Counted from the first letter of the whole stretch, positions 12,964-25,822 are shown. The stretch is 63,990 nucleotides of DNA, filler included, from Asterionella formosa (GCA_002256025.1; 5 parts of 5 records of this genome joined end to end with filler, not necessarily neighbours in it); one strand, 5' to 3'. The notes: generated from the letters alone by a model not told the origin. A program made the numbers and translations.

Positions 12964-14559
12964 CTACCATTTCGGAACTCTTTGGTAACAAGTCATGGAC
13001 TGCTTCTTCCGGATTGGCAACCATTTCTGGGGTTGCCTTTAATTTTGCTTTTTGCTACACTTTGGAGTGGCAAGAACATATGTGTGGGACAAGCTATACT
13101 ACATATAGTATTTAAGCTATATATATAAAGCGGTCACTTTGTGGAAAGTAGTATATGTGTGGCAATGGGTTTAGGCTGTCCTATATATTGCATCTGATGT
13201 TGCCAATAAAGAGATTTCTTAAAACAATAGGATAGTACAATGTTATTAAGCAAAGTTACAATTGTTATTTCGAACCCCCTGCTATTCAAGGTTCATGTGA
13301 TGCTACTATGTCCTAAATGAAATGAAGCTACTTCCTGATTAGTGATGTTGCGGCTCTAATTCTGCAGCATACAATCGTGCTCGCTAATAGCTAGTCAATG
13401 AGAATAGGAAGACCCATGGCTAATTAAGGCCATGAGCAACAAACTACGCCAACATCTGGTCCATCTTCACTTTGATCTACATCTCATCTTGAAGAACAGA
13501 TTCGAAATACGGATCGATGTTCGCAATGGGAGAATTATGATCAAGAGGTATTATCTTCTTGATTTCGGTTGGAATTGGAATCGGGTATGGTCTTCAATGC
13601 ATCGTTCTCCAATTCTGTCATATAAATTGACCAAAACTTTTGATTTCGAGTAACAAACAAACAATCAAACTTCGCCAGCATATTTCCCCATCAATATCGA
13701 GACCATATCATTCGTTATAAGACTGAGATCATCGTCGTCCCCGCAAGAAGGTAGCTCATAAGGGATTCAACAACGAACGCACATGGCTTGTAAGAAATTC
13801 GATTACTGATACCCGAATGGAGAGATAAGGACGAATACTACCGGTACAAGAATTGGATCAAAGCGTGTACGACTGGTAGAGCAGCATTCAAATCAGAATG
13901 GCAACAAGGAACTCACCATTGTTGCACAGAATTCATTCTGATAGCATCGTTGGGTACAAGGCTTACATACACATAAGGTGATCTGTGTAAAGTCATAACC
14001 TTTGCTAAAACAATAATTGATCAAGGAACAACAGCTATTGATCAATCAAACAACGTATCATTATATCAAACCATTTGGTTAGCATATTAGTTTTGATAAC
14101 TAATATTTATGACTTCTATCTATGAGTAATCTGACAAACAAATTTGATTGACCACACCGACATGGTCATTGATATATCAAAATTATCATCAACATAACAC
14201 AACATTTAATCAATATATCAACAATTTTGGTTAACCGATTAGATTTGGTAACTAATATATNNNNNNNNNNNNNNNNNNNNNNNNNNNNNNNNNNNNNNNN
14301 NNNNNNNNNNNNNNNNNNNNNNNNNNNNNNNNNNNNNNNNNNNNNNNNNNNNNNNNNNNNNNNNNNNNNNNNNNNNNNNNNNNNNNNNNNNNNNNNNNNN
14401 NNNNNNNNNNNNNNNNNNNNNNNNNNNNNNNNNNNNNNNNNNNNNNNNNNNNNNNNNNNNNNNNNNNNNNNNNNNNNNNNNNNNNNNNNNNNNAAATATC
14501 AAAATGTTTGAATAATAAATCTGTTTTTTTAACGTATGCTGAGTAAAACATTAGATCTA

Positions 14560-17500
14560 ATGGAAAATCTATTCACAGACGCGGAGCAACTACAGCAACA
14601 AAGGATGAAAAGGCGTGCACAGGTACAACTCCAGTCGATCATGCGGAAACAGGATCAACTGGAGCAACAAGGAATGAAAAGGCATACATAGGAACATCTC
14701 CAGTTAATGCGGAAACCGGAACAGCGACAGCAACAAAGAATGAAAAGGCGTGCACAGGTACAACTCCAGTCAATCATGCGGAAACCGGAACAACTGGAGC
14801 AACAAGGAATGAAAAGGCGGGCACAGGAACAACTCGCTCCATTCGATGCGGAAACCGGAACAAGGGCTGCAACAAGAAATGAAAAGGCAACAGTAGCAGG
14901 GAAAATTCCAAAAGCGGAAGCCGGAACAACGACTGCAACAAGGGCTGCAAAGAAAATCTAAAACTCTAAATCAAGATCAAGGAAAAAGACTGCAAGAATT
15001 ACAGCAGGAACAAAGGAAAGAATACATCAGGAACAGGAAAAGCAGGGTCATGTGACATGACTGATGAGAAATACAATGAAATTGCGTATATCACAACAGG
15101 AACAAGAAAAACAAGATCATGTGACATGACTGATGAGAAATACAAATGAAGTTGTGTATATTATTGAAAACTGGGATAATCCAGCCAGAGATACAGCGAC
15201 AGCATCGAATTGGTTATTCACTGGTAAAAAAGTATACAGTGAGATCAAAGAAAGATGTGGAAGGCAATCTAATAAAAAGCCTTTATGTTATCAAGAGAGA
15301 CAGTGTGAAAGAAGGAGATAATGTGGGGAGAAAGCTTCTTCTTTGACGCAAGGAAATGTTTGATGCCATATATGATGCTCACTACAGTCTTGGTCAATTG
15401 AAATCATCTATTACATGGAGAGAGGTTAATCATCATGTTTACAATATCACAATACAACATGTGAATGCATTTATCAGTGTGTGTCCTGTGTGTATTTATA
15501 TGCATCCTCAAATTCCGAAATCTAAGGGAGCCCAATGTCCTATACATTCTGGTGAATTTTGTGATTGCATGCAAATTGACTTAATTGATTATTGTGCCAA
15601 TGAACAACGCAATGTTTATGGTCAGGTAATGCAATGATGGATTATGGTTGTGAAGGATCACTTCACTGGCTTATGCTATTTAAGTGCTATTCCAAACAAA
15701 AATGCAAAGTATGTCTGCTCCTGATTTGAATTAAACTCTCTCTTTGGATTGATTGGATATCCGCATATCTTTCACACAGATAATGGTTCTCAGTTCACAG
15801 CTGAACAAGTTGTGGTTATGTTGAAAAGGTGGAATCAAAAAATATTGACAGTCACTGGTAGGCCCCGAAATCACAGTGATCAGGGTTCAGTCGAAATCAT
15901 CAACAGACTTGTGAAATGTGTAATGAACAGTGTACTTGCAAGTGAAGCTCAAAAGCGAAAACTCCGTCCAAACTGGACAAAATACCTTGGAGAAGTTAAT
16001 TCAATTCTGAACCGACAATGTGGTTGGGCCAAAAATGATGTTTCCGCATATGCATATGAAACCGTTTTTGGAATTGATTTTGATCCCATTATGCCAGATA
16101 CCAGAGACAACATCCGCAGATGCACAAAACTATCCAAGAGCGCATGGATGTGTCAGCTAGCAGTAGATTCCGTGCCGTTATGGAATCCATATATGACTTG
16201 ACCCTTAATCCCAGTGACACCAATGTCTCTGTCTCCATGGAGTTGACATTGTCACAGGTTGGCGATGTCTGTGACACCACTTTCAGTGGCTGTGACTTTT
16301 CACAATGTTTTGCTGAAATTTTGGAAGGACCTGATGTTAGCAACCGTGTTCAAGCTCAATCAAGAAATGATTATGAGGAAACCAGTGACTATGATATCAG
16401 CAGCAGCGATGATGAAAAACCTGAGAGAAAAGAGCAGTCTTTCCACGTCTACTGCCACAGTTAAGATGAAATTCTGCATCACAACGAAAATCTGGGTCAT
16501 CACTTCTTGTTTCAACAGCTACAGCTAGTAGATTGTGGCACAGACAACTTGCTGCCGTCTTCTTCCACAGGCAACTCAGTCAAAGGCATAGACAACATGC
16601 TGAAACAATCTTCTGCCAATTGTAACACAGAAGAAAGCAGCCGGATGGGGATTGTATAAGTTATGAAATCATTGCTGTTCATCCACAAACAAGAAAAAAA
16701 CTACAACAACAAGAAGAAATGCCTTATCAGTTCAAGAAGCATTGGAATTAGGTTAAGGGTCAAGAATTCATAATTGGGGAGGACAGAAATTCAAAAGGTT
16801 ATATCCCACGACCACACTCAATTGCATTTCATGTTGCTTTTCAGGTTACCATTTAATCACATTTTGCAATGAAGCATACTACTCTAAATGTGAGAATACC
16901 AAAGCCTGGTATGAAACTGATTTTTTATCAAGTTTTGCAGCACTGATTGCTCTCAAGAACCATGTTGCTTCCATTCAATTTGTTCATTTTCTGTTGCCGA
17001 TGGAAGAAGTAGAATGGCAAATGTGCAAGAAATTGAAGGTCATTGTAAAAACGGCTAGTAAGTGTCTTTCATGGCAATGATCACTTTTCAGTGATGGAGA
17101 GAAACTTTGACACCGCCAATGTCATAACAATTTATGATGGGCGGCCTCAATCTAGGTCTTAACAACTGGCTCCACCATAGCACCAATGTGCTGAAATGGA
17201 CGAAACTAATTGGAAGGAACTCTTTGCCAACTTTCCACTCCAAAGGTAAAATAGAATTTGAGCTGGTTACTACTAATGAGGATAGCTGGCTCATTTCAAG
17301 AAAGTCAATCATTGTACATCAAAAAGATGGGTGCAATTGTGGCCTGATTGCTTGTCTTGTCCTGGGTTAGATTTTCGAACCAGAAATTGTAAACACATCA
17401 GCTTTTTCTCCACATAACTAGTAGCTATCGCCCCTTTGTTGTAAAATTTTTCAAGGAAATGGTTAATCGATTCAATACTGAATTGATCTTACCAAGTGAC

Positions 17501-17860
17501 TTACATGATACTGTTTCAATGACACAGCAAGTGAATACTGAGCAAGTGGATTTTGATGGTGAACTGATGCTAAATGAAATGGTAGCAAGAAAATTACGTC
17601 GTGGGAATGAGAACAGATGTGCAAGACATGTTATGGAAAGAGCAGTTAAAGAAACTCCAATGAAATCAAAGAAAAATTCAAGATAAAAACATGCACAATA
17701 TGTTAGAGCACAACGACAGAAGGATCAAAGCAAATACATGAAAGTCAGACATATGCAGTCAAGGCAAAAGGGAACTATTGGGTCTATAGTTACACTTAAA
17801 ATGGACTACAGAGATGTACTAAGGAACCCAGCCACATGGAATTCCTGCCATTGTCTTCGC
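14560..17860 (+). mobile_element. Decayed Ginger/KRBA2-SCAND3-like DDE integrase transposon with a C-terminal Ulp1 (C48)-like peptidase
   Basis: Fragments across frames: HHCC-like zinc finger (AHYSLG..CPVC), MQIDLID, KDHFT, IFHTDNGSQF and GRPRNHSDQGSVE. Downstream are DHFSV, YDG and HQKDGCNCGLIAC. Many stops and frameshifts. Confidence 0.8.
14581..14950 (+). repeat. Degenerate ~60-70 bp tandem repeat at the 5' end of the integrase element
   Basis: About 6 units of GCGGAAACCGGAACAAC..CAACAAGGAATGAAAAGGC. There is a further ~55-bp duplication at 15030-15085 / 15097-15155. Confidence 0.8.
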
Positions 17861-17861
17861 A

Positions 17862-18130
17862 GGGGTATCATATGATAACTGGCTGGCACAGAATTTTTCT
17901 GTGCATGATACATATTTCGGTATATGTATGATAAATGCATACTATGAAAGTGAACAGGCTAAGCTTACTCATAATAATCAAACCACCATATAATTATCAA
18001 AACATTCTTATCCTATGATGTATATTCTTTTATCATATACCTAGCTATTCTGCCTTATATGATGGTAACTCTAATCGAAATAGCTGTTAAAAATAGGTTG
18101 AAATGGATTGTAATTTTACGGTTATATCAC
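17862..18130 (+). mobile_element. Putative transposon terminus with ATGAT/ATCAT-rich subterminal region
   Basis: Begins GGGTATC..TGGCACAG(A/G)ATTTT..ATGATA, like the insertion starting at 56183. It coincides with the end of recognisable integrase-element sequence. Confidence 0.45.
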
Positions 18131-18856
18131 GAAATCATTTTCATGTTTCTACATTTTGTGCAGTTGCTTAAACGGTTCATTACACTTTTAGCATAAAAGT
18201 GTCCGAAAATGCATAATGAGTTAGTCAGGGGAACTTGGGATTACTTTTTTTGACTAAATTTGTAGCTCAATAATAATGTTTTTCAATGATAGAAAGTTTT
18301 CCTACCTAAATTTTCAATGACTCTTTTTACTTATTATATTGAAAATCGAAAAATAAATATATATTTGTACTACTGTACATTTTGTCAAGAAATCGGATGC
18401 ATAATGTATCAGATGTACTTAGCTTTTCGACATGGAACACATCATACAAACAACAAACCTCGTATATACTTTGTACATTCTGTATGTATAGCGTTGAATA
18501 TTATACATGCTGGGTACCAGATACCATCAGGCAGTACTTCCAGGTGTGTTTGTACAGCTGCCTGTGGTATGGGGTCAATGAGACAGCAACTCCATCTTGA
18601 CCATGAAGAAATCATGAGTTTGAATATCTTCACGAATATTGACAATGAGCAATTCCTATTTCGCACATGTATGTAGACCAAGGTTGGGTGGCGCAAGTAA
18701 GTTGACGCACCGTGCAAGTAGTCGATGGGCTGACAAGAACATTTGCGTAGCTCTCCTCCATCCTGCCACCGTTACCGATACCTAACCCTAACGGGTAGGC
18801 TGAAAAAAACCATCCCCTAAACCTAATGTAATTAGAAGTTCGTTTGCTGCTTAAGT

Positions 18857-20440
18857 TTAAGGTTCCTGCATTTGAACCCCCAGGAAAAAATTAAAATATT
18901 GCTTAGGGTTGCCGAAATCCCCTGGAACTAAGAATCTAATTTTGAATATCAATGCCTGATTCCATTTGAAATATTCAAATGAATGGAAATTTGTGCATAC
19001 GTATACATATAGATTCCTTTTCAAATGCATTAAATATGTATATAGAATAGATTCTACATCACTGAATGTATATAAAGCTACTCTACCGATAGTATAACTA
19101 CTCGGATCAACAAATATGTATCACATGATGCACAACCCGGCGGCTCCGAAAAATATTTGAATGTGCATCCTACTAGTAATGTACTGGTAAGCGTTCACTA
19201 GCCGGTACTATGACCAATGATGATCAGCTACCTGTTACCAGGTACTAGTAGTCTACCTGGTACTCAGTATTCCTACTCTGTACAGATACCAGTATATGGG
19301 TAGCATCAGCGAACACCCAAGAAAATGCTTCATGTGCATCCAGTGTGGCCGGCATGGGATTGCAAGACCTCGCAAACCGTGCCAATCGAACAGGTATAAC
19401 CAATCAGAATATGAATAATACAGCGGGCACTTACAGTGGAAATTTTTGTAGACGAGATTTTACAACTAAATATTTTAGCACAAGACTAGTACCATTCCGA
19501 TGATGACGTTTCAACAATTAGTAATTCTGATTCCGACATTTTGGTGACCGTTGAAAAGGCCAATATTGTCGAAAATTTGGACAACCACCACATGCATCCT
19601 CATGTCATTTTTGATTGTTATACATAAATTATTATTGTGTGAACTCTGCACTTTCTCACCGAAAGTTAACTTCTGGGGCTATATGAAGATTACCCATGAT
19701 GATGTAATTAACTCTTCTTTAAACCCTGCCAATGTTGAGCTATCATCCCCCAAAAATTCGATAATATTGGCCTTTTCAACGGTCACAAAAATTTCGGAAT
19801 TAGAATCAATAATCGCAAAAAATCATCATCGGAATTGATGTCTTGTGATTCATTTTTTCGTCCTACAGCCTTCTGTATAAAAAGTTCCATTGCAAGTGCC
19901 CGCTTCACTTTAATTATTTTGATTGGTCAAGTTCAATTAGCTACTTACCGACATTTGATTGGCCTGGTTTGTGAGGTCTTGCAAACCCACACCGGCCACA
20001 CTAGATAAACATTTGGACATATGCATAATACCGCTCCTAGACAGGCAGTACTTCAAATATTTGGGGAGCCACAAGGTTGTATGATGGCGGTGTATAGAGT
20101 GTATGCCAATATATATAGAGAGATTTACAATCTATTTCTATATATTTAGTGAATTCAAAAAGGAATGCTNNNNNNNNNNNNNNNNNNNNNNNNNNNNNNN
20201 NNNNNNNNNNNNNNNNNNNNNNNNNNNNNNNNNNNNNNNNNNNNNNNNNNNNNNNNNNNNNNNNNNNNNNNNNNNNNNNNNNNNNNNNNNNNNNNNNNNN
20301 NNNNNNNNNNNNNNNNNNNNNNNNNNNNNNNNNNNNNNNNNNNNNNNNNNNNNNNNNNNNNNNNNNNNNNNNNNNNNNNNNNNNNNNNNNNNNNNNNNNN
20401 NNNNNNNNNNNNNNNNNNNNGCAATGCAGGAACCTTGAGA
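18857..20440. mobile_element. Non-autonomous foldback (long inverted-repeat) DNA element, TTAA|GG termini
   Basis: Left end TTAA|GGTTCCTGCATT and right end AATGCAGGAACC|TTGA (20423-20438). Arms ~19011-19590 and ~19745-20169 are imperfect reverse complements. The right arm is partly in an N gap. Confidence 0.8.
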
Positions 20441-20887
20441 ACAAAATTATTCTCCAGATTTTTTGTGCTCACATCATTTCAGCTGAAATGAAATAACAGA
20501 TCAGTAGCTAATCTGATTTTGCACATTAGAAGGGCAATTGAGCTGGAGAAAATCATAGGAATCAAAATTGCCGCAATTATTTTTAACGAGAGGGAGTACC
20601 TGGTACCATACCCTGGTACCAGGTACTGGTACCGCGTCCCTGCTGCGGATTATATACCTGTCCGGTAAGTCGAGATATCTAGCTTTATCTTTTCCTAAGT
20701 CGAACCGTATTTTACCGGACCTTCTTGGTACTCCGTGTGTACCTCGTAATGAAACACACCCATGGTGTAGAACCCGAAGCAACCAACGGACGGCAAAATG
20801 TTCATCGTCCAAATCACTTCTTATTCGCAGGCGCGTTGTTGTGTTGTTATCGTAGTTGCTTGGTTGCATCACAATTAGATTCTCGAA

Positions 20888-21721
20888 ATGAGCATGAACA
20901 TCTTTCGCCTTGCGGGTGACATGTCCCATGTCTTTAGCATCATTGTGCTACTACTGCGACTGAGAGTTGCTAGGAATGCCCAAGGTAGGAGCAAATGAAT
21001 GCCAATGATGATTGGGTGATGGCCAGACTGTGATGGCCATGGCAACGAGGAATGCCGTCAGTGCGCTCCTTTCGTCGTCGCTTCGGGTCCTAATCAGCTG
21101 ACTAATAACCAACACCTCTCTCCTCGATCAGGTATTTCCGTTCGAACACACGAGCTCTTCCTTCTGGTCTTTGTGACAAGGTATCTGGATTTGTTCACGA
21201 CGTTCTATTCCATCTACAACTCGGCCATGAAGGTGCTTTACATTGGCTCGACTGCCTCCATCATCTACACCATCAAGTTCCAGGAACCCATCAAGTCCAC
21301 GTATGACAAAGCGCAGGACACATTTCTGCATTGGAAATTCGCTGTCGCTCCCTGTGCCGTCGTCGCGCTAATTACTCACCTCATTGGTGTTGGGTTCGTC
21401 CGCTTTGATCTCATGGAGCTCCTCTGGACTTTTTCGATTTACCTGGAAGCCATTGCTATCATGCCGCAGTTGATTGTTTTGCAACGCTATCGCGAAGTGG
21501 AGAACTTGACGGGAAATTACATCTTTTTCATGGGATCCTATCGAGCGCTATACATTCTGAATTGGATTTACCGAGCCCACACGGAACCTCATTACAAGCA
21601 CCACTGGGTGGTGTACTTTTGTGGTGTCATGCAAACATTGCTTTATGCCGATTTCTTCTATTACTACCTCAAGGCCAAATCTAGGGGAAGCAAATTTACA
21701 CTTCCAACAGCTCAGCGCTAA
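20888..21721 (+). CDS. ERD2: ER lumen protein-retaining (KDEL/HDEL) receptor
   Basis: Exons 20888-20984 and 21132-21721. Motifs MNIFRLAGDMSH, GIS..T.EL..LVFVTRYLDLF, WTFSIYLEAIAIMPQL, YRALYILNWIYR and QTLLYADFFYYY. Confidence 0.97.
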
Positions 21722-21863
21722 GCATCACACAACGAACAAGGCGAGAAACGAGGGGAATTGTGATGGAGCGTACACACGCACTCGATACAGCTGTTGGAAA
21801 TTCATGCTATTAGTACTGTCTGAGAAAATTTAGATCCTTCCTTTTCATGTTTCCTATTTTCGT

Positions 21864-22741
21864 TTATGAGACCTTCTTGCACGTGGATTGTTTGGCCCGT
21901 CGACCATATGGATTTCGTTTCGCCATTAGGGCTTTTTTCGTAGCTGTGTTGAAGGCGAGTTTAGCATCGGATTGCATGGCAGCTTGCATACCTGCCTGGT
22001 CAACTGGAATAGGTTTTCCAGCCTTGACTCTATATCTCAATATTTTGTGCATCAAGTCTACGATTTCAAATTGTTGCACCATCAAGTTGACGTCTTCGAC
22101 GGATAGGCCGCTTTTGAAACTGATTCTGAGCTGGAAAACCCAATACACCCAAATACATTTAATCAGACATTTTGAGTGTACATATAAATTCATACAAAAT
22201 ACCAGTCACCAAATGAAAGCAATCTCAAACAAATGAATTCATCTTTCTCATGATGCAAGGCATCAATCACGCTTACCTTTTCCGTTCGCCCCAACTTTTT
22301 AACTTCATCACAACTCCCTTCCAAACCAATTTCATCGCCAATCGCCTTGACGGCAACCTGTGCTGTTCTAGCCGTCTTGAATTCTTTGGTATCCTTCAGG
22401 CCCGGAATGTACATTTGCCATCCCTTGAGCGTCAGATCAAGATCTTTACCGAAATCCTTCAACGTCCATTGTTCGCTTGCGGCCATGCGTACAAGTTGAT
22501 CTCGAAATTGCTTTTCTTGCTTTTCCTTTTCTCGGTCAGCTAATTTGGATGTTATCCATCCCCATGGTCCTTTCGATACGGTACTGCTGCTGCCGCCGCT
22601 GCCGGTGGTGGTGGACAGCGAGGAGTGTTGAATCACGAGATTTCGGGTTAGAGCGTTCTTGAAGTTTCTACCTGGTTGTTGAGTTAGACTATTCGTTGCT
22701 CGGATCAGTAGAGTTCTCGATGCTTGGCGTAATGACAACAT
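21864..22741 (-). CDS. Mitochondrion-targeted protein resembling a stand-alone SRP54/Ffh M domain
   Basis: Exons 22741-22277 and 22130-21864 (GTAAGC..TTCCAG, phase 0). The N-terminus is Arg/Ser-rich and acid-free. WTLKDF...IPG and KLRISFKSGLSVEDVNLMVQQFE mirror the M-domain motifs FTL.DF..PG and RIA.GSG.SV.EVN.LLKQF. Confidence 0.7.
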
Positions 22742-23511
22742 GGTGGACTGACTGCTCTTCAGTGTAGGTATGATCGTAAGCCGCTCGGAACAACTCTCTC
22801 TGACGAATGATACCGGTATCATATGATGTGCTATGTAGTAGAAATACCTGGTATCATGTCCCGGTACCTGGTAATCACCAGCTGACGGGACGACGAAGTT
22901 GACTCTCTCATAGCTATGTGTACCCATACCGGTATTCGTATACCCGGATGTGTACATACTAACGGTGAATGACATTGTCGTGGGGCGAGATGGCTGTGCT
23001 GTGTCCCTCTATGACGTACCCGATACACGGTACCTGGTACTGAACATACTACCGGTAGTGGAAGGTTTGTCACTATCAAGAAAACCACCTCACCTTTGCA
23101 GGGGAGGGGAGGAGGGCGGAGGGGGTATGTTGCACTATATACTACTATATGATTTTATTTATTTATGTACCAGGTACAACCCTGAAATTACGAAAAAAGG
23201 CTGAAAAATCATACATACTATGTACCGGGTAGTCCCAGTTTCTCGGTATCTACGATACCCCTTATTTTATATTCCTCCGCCTCCCCGAATGTTGTATCAT
23301 GCATCATGACGAGTGATTTACTATGTTCAAGAACGACGGCCGACACAGCCACATTATGTTTCTGATTTCTTTTAGACAAAATTTGCCACATCCATTGTAA
23401 ATGTTGTTGTGGACTTACAAAAATATCATACATTACAGCAAGAAGCTATCTCATCACTTCCGCCAAACAACTCACAACCGCATCACCTGGAATCACAAAA
23501 GTAAAAACACT

Positions 23512-25753
23512 ATGGGCCGATACAAACGAAAGAAGAATCATCACCATCACAATAATCACGGGGCATCGTGGTCGTCCTCCTTGATCCAGGAGGTCGACAA
23601 CATCTTTAGCGCCTCATATGAGCCTGGAACTATCGACTTCTTTTCTCCAGTGGCGCAACAACAGCTGAAGGAANNNNNNNNNNNNNNNNNNNNNNNNNNN
23701 NNNNNNNNNNNNNNNNNNNNNNNNNNNNNNNNNNNNNNNNNNNNNNNNNNNNNNNNNNNNNNNNNNNNNNNNNNNNNNNNNNNNNNNNNNNNNNNNNNNN
23801 NNNNNNNNNNNNNNNNNNNNNNNNNNNNNNNNNNNNNNNNNNNNNNNNNNNNNNNNNNNNNNNNNNNNNNNNNNNNNNNNNNNNNNNNNNNNNNNNNNNN
23901 NNNNNNNNNNNNNNNNNNNNNNNNNNNNNNNNNNNNNNNNNNNNNNNNNNNNNNNNNNNNNNNNNNNNNNNNNNNNNNNNNNNNNNNNNNNNNNNNNNNN
24001 NNNNNNNNNNNNNNNNNNNNNNNNNNNNNNNNNNNNNNNNNNNNNNNNNNNNNNNNNNNNNNNNNNNNNNNNNNNNNNNNNNNNNNNNNNNNNNNNNNNN
24101 NNNNNNNNNNNNNNNNNNNNNNNNNNNNNNNNNNNNNNNNNNNNNNNNNNNNNNNNNNNNNNNNNNNNNNNNNNNNNNNNNNNNNNNNNNNNNNNNNNNN
24201 NNNNNNNNNNNNNNNNNNNNNNNNNNNNNNNNNNNNNNNNNNNNNNNNNNNNNNNNNNNNNNNNNNNNNNNNNNNNNNNNNNNNNNNNNNNNNNNNNNNN
24301 NNNNNNNNNNNNNNNNNNNNNNNNNNNNNNNNNNNNNNNNNNNNNNNNNNNNNNNNNNNNNNNNNNNNNNNNNNNNNNNNNNNNNNNNNNNNNNNNNNNN
24401 NNNNNNNNNNNNNNNNNNNNNNNNNNCTCGGCACAAGGAATGAAGGACTGCGCGCAAGAACTCATTGCTGCCATGCCGTCAGTGATTGCATTTGATTTAG
24501 AAATGTGGAATGTCAACAAGTACACACAAGTTACTTGTTTGATTCAACTAACATCGGATGCGGGCAAGGAATATGTCATTGACACCCTAGCAGAAGGCGT
24601 TTGGGAGCATGTTGCTTTACTGGCTCAGCTCTTTAGTGATCCATCCATTGTCAAGGTTGGACATTCCATTGGTGGGTTGGATGTCAAATCCTTGCACAGG
24701 GACTTTGGTATATTTGTGCTGAATGCATTTGATACCTATGAAGCTGCACGAGTCCTACATCTGAAACACACTGGTTTAGCTTCAGTTTGTCGTCATTATG
24801 GACTTGAGAATTCTGAGGTATACACTGCACTCAAAGATGAATACCAAAAGACAGACTGGCGCCAACGGCCTTTGACCGAACCCATGATTCGCTATGGTCG
24901 GTACGATGTTCACTATTTGATTGCTATTCGCACACTTATGATGAGAGATCTAACCAGAAAAGATCTATGGGATAATGTTCATGCTAAACTTGACTCCCAA
25001 ATTGTTGCAAAGGCCTTGGCTGCAACGTTGCTATCAATTGAACGAGAGGAAGGGGACATCGATAGCGACAACGGTGACAGTCGCTCCATGGCGTCTGCTG
25101 CCTCTGATGAGGCAGGATACTATACCCCAGAAGACAGCGAGATGGGTAACTATGAAGTTCGTAAATCAGTGGCATCAGCAAAGGTATTAAGAATGCAACC
25201 ACAGTTAATGAAAGTGATTACAATGAGTCAACGTCGGTGCTTAGATTTGTGGAAGAACCAGGAAGAGACACACGAAAAGAATCCAGTGCTGATGGACCTG
25301 ATCCAGCAATCGTTTTCAGAAGTTGATATAAATTACAATGCTACCAACCTGGAGTTGCTGGAGTGCATGGTGTCATGGCGCAAACGTGTTTCAAAAATGG
25401 AGCAATGTCTACCAGCCTTGATTTGCTCATTGGATTTGTTGGTCAACATGTCATGGAAGCAACCAACAAGTGCCGCAGATTTGCGTCGGATTGTTTACTT
25501 CCTTCCCGTTTTCCTAGAAGATGACGAAAAAAACTACCAAGAAGAGCTGTTGGGAATTGTCAGAAATCATGTATCAAGACATGGAATTGCGATCCCGAGC
25601 AAGCTTGGCAAAAGCTATGATTCACGGTTAGAGAATGACAACGATGACAAGCAACAATCAAAACGCAGAAGGCTAGTATACAGTACTTTGACAGTAGCTG
25701 TGGTTGGTGCTGCACTTGCAGGAATGGTATTATCAAGGCGTCGGCAGAGATAA
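23512..25753 (+). CDS. RRP6/RNase D-like DEDDy 3'-5' exonuclease with HRDC domain and C-terminal hydrophobic anchor (middle in N gap)
   Basis: ExoI AFDLE, ExoII GLDVKSL and ExoIII YGRYDVHYL. Also YQKTDWRQRPLTEPM and HRDC-like WRKRVSKMEQCLPALI. The tail is LVYSTLTVAVVGAALAGMVL-SRRRQR. The start at 23512 is inferred across the gap. Confidence 0.85.
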
Positions 25754-25822
25754 AATGAATCAAAAGAACAATCACAGGACATGCCATTTGAATCTTAAAC
25801 TTTCATGCCTTGTGTGCTGGAA

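Noticed and set aside
14581..14950. Regularly spaced repeats that might suggest a CRISPR array
   Set aside because: The units are degenerate tandem coding repeats without unique spacers, in a eukaryotic context with no cas genes.
18775..18830. CCTAACCCTAAC telomere-like motif
   Set aside because: Only two units. More likely part of a small repeat than a telomere.
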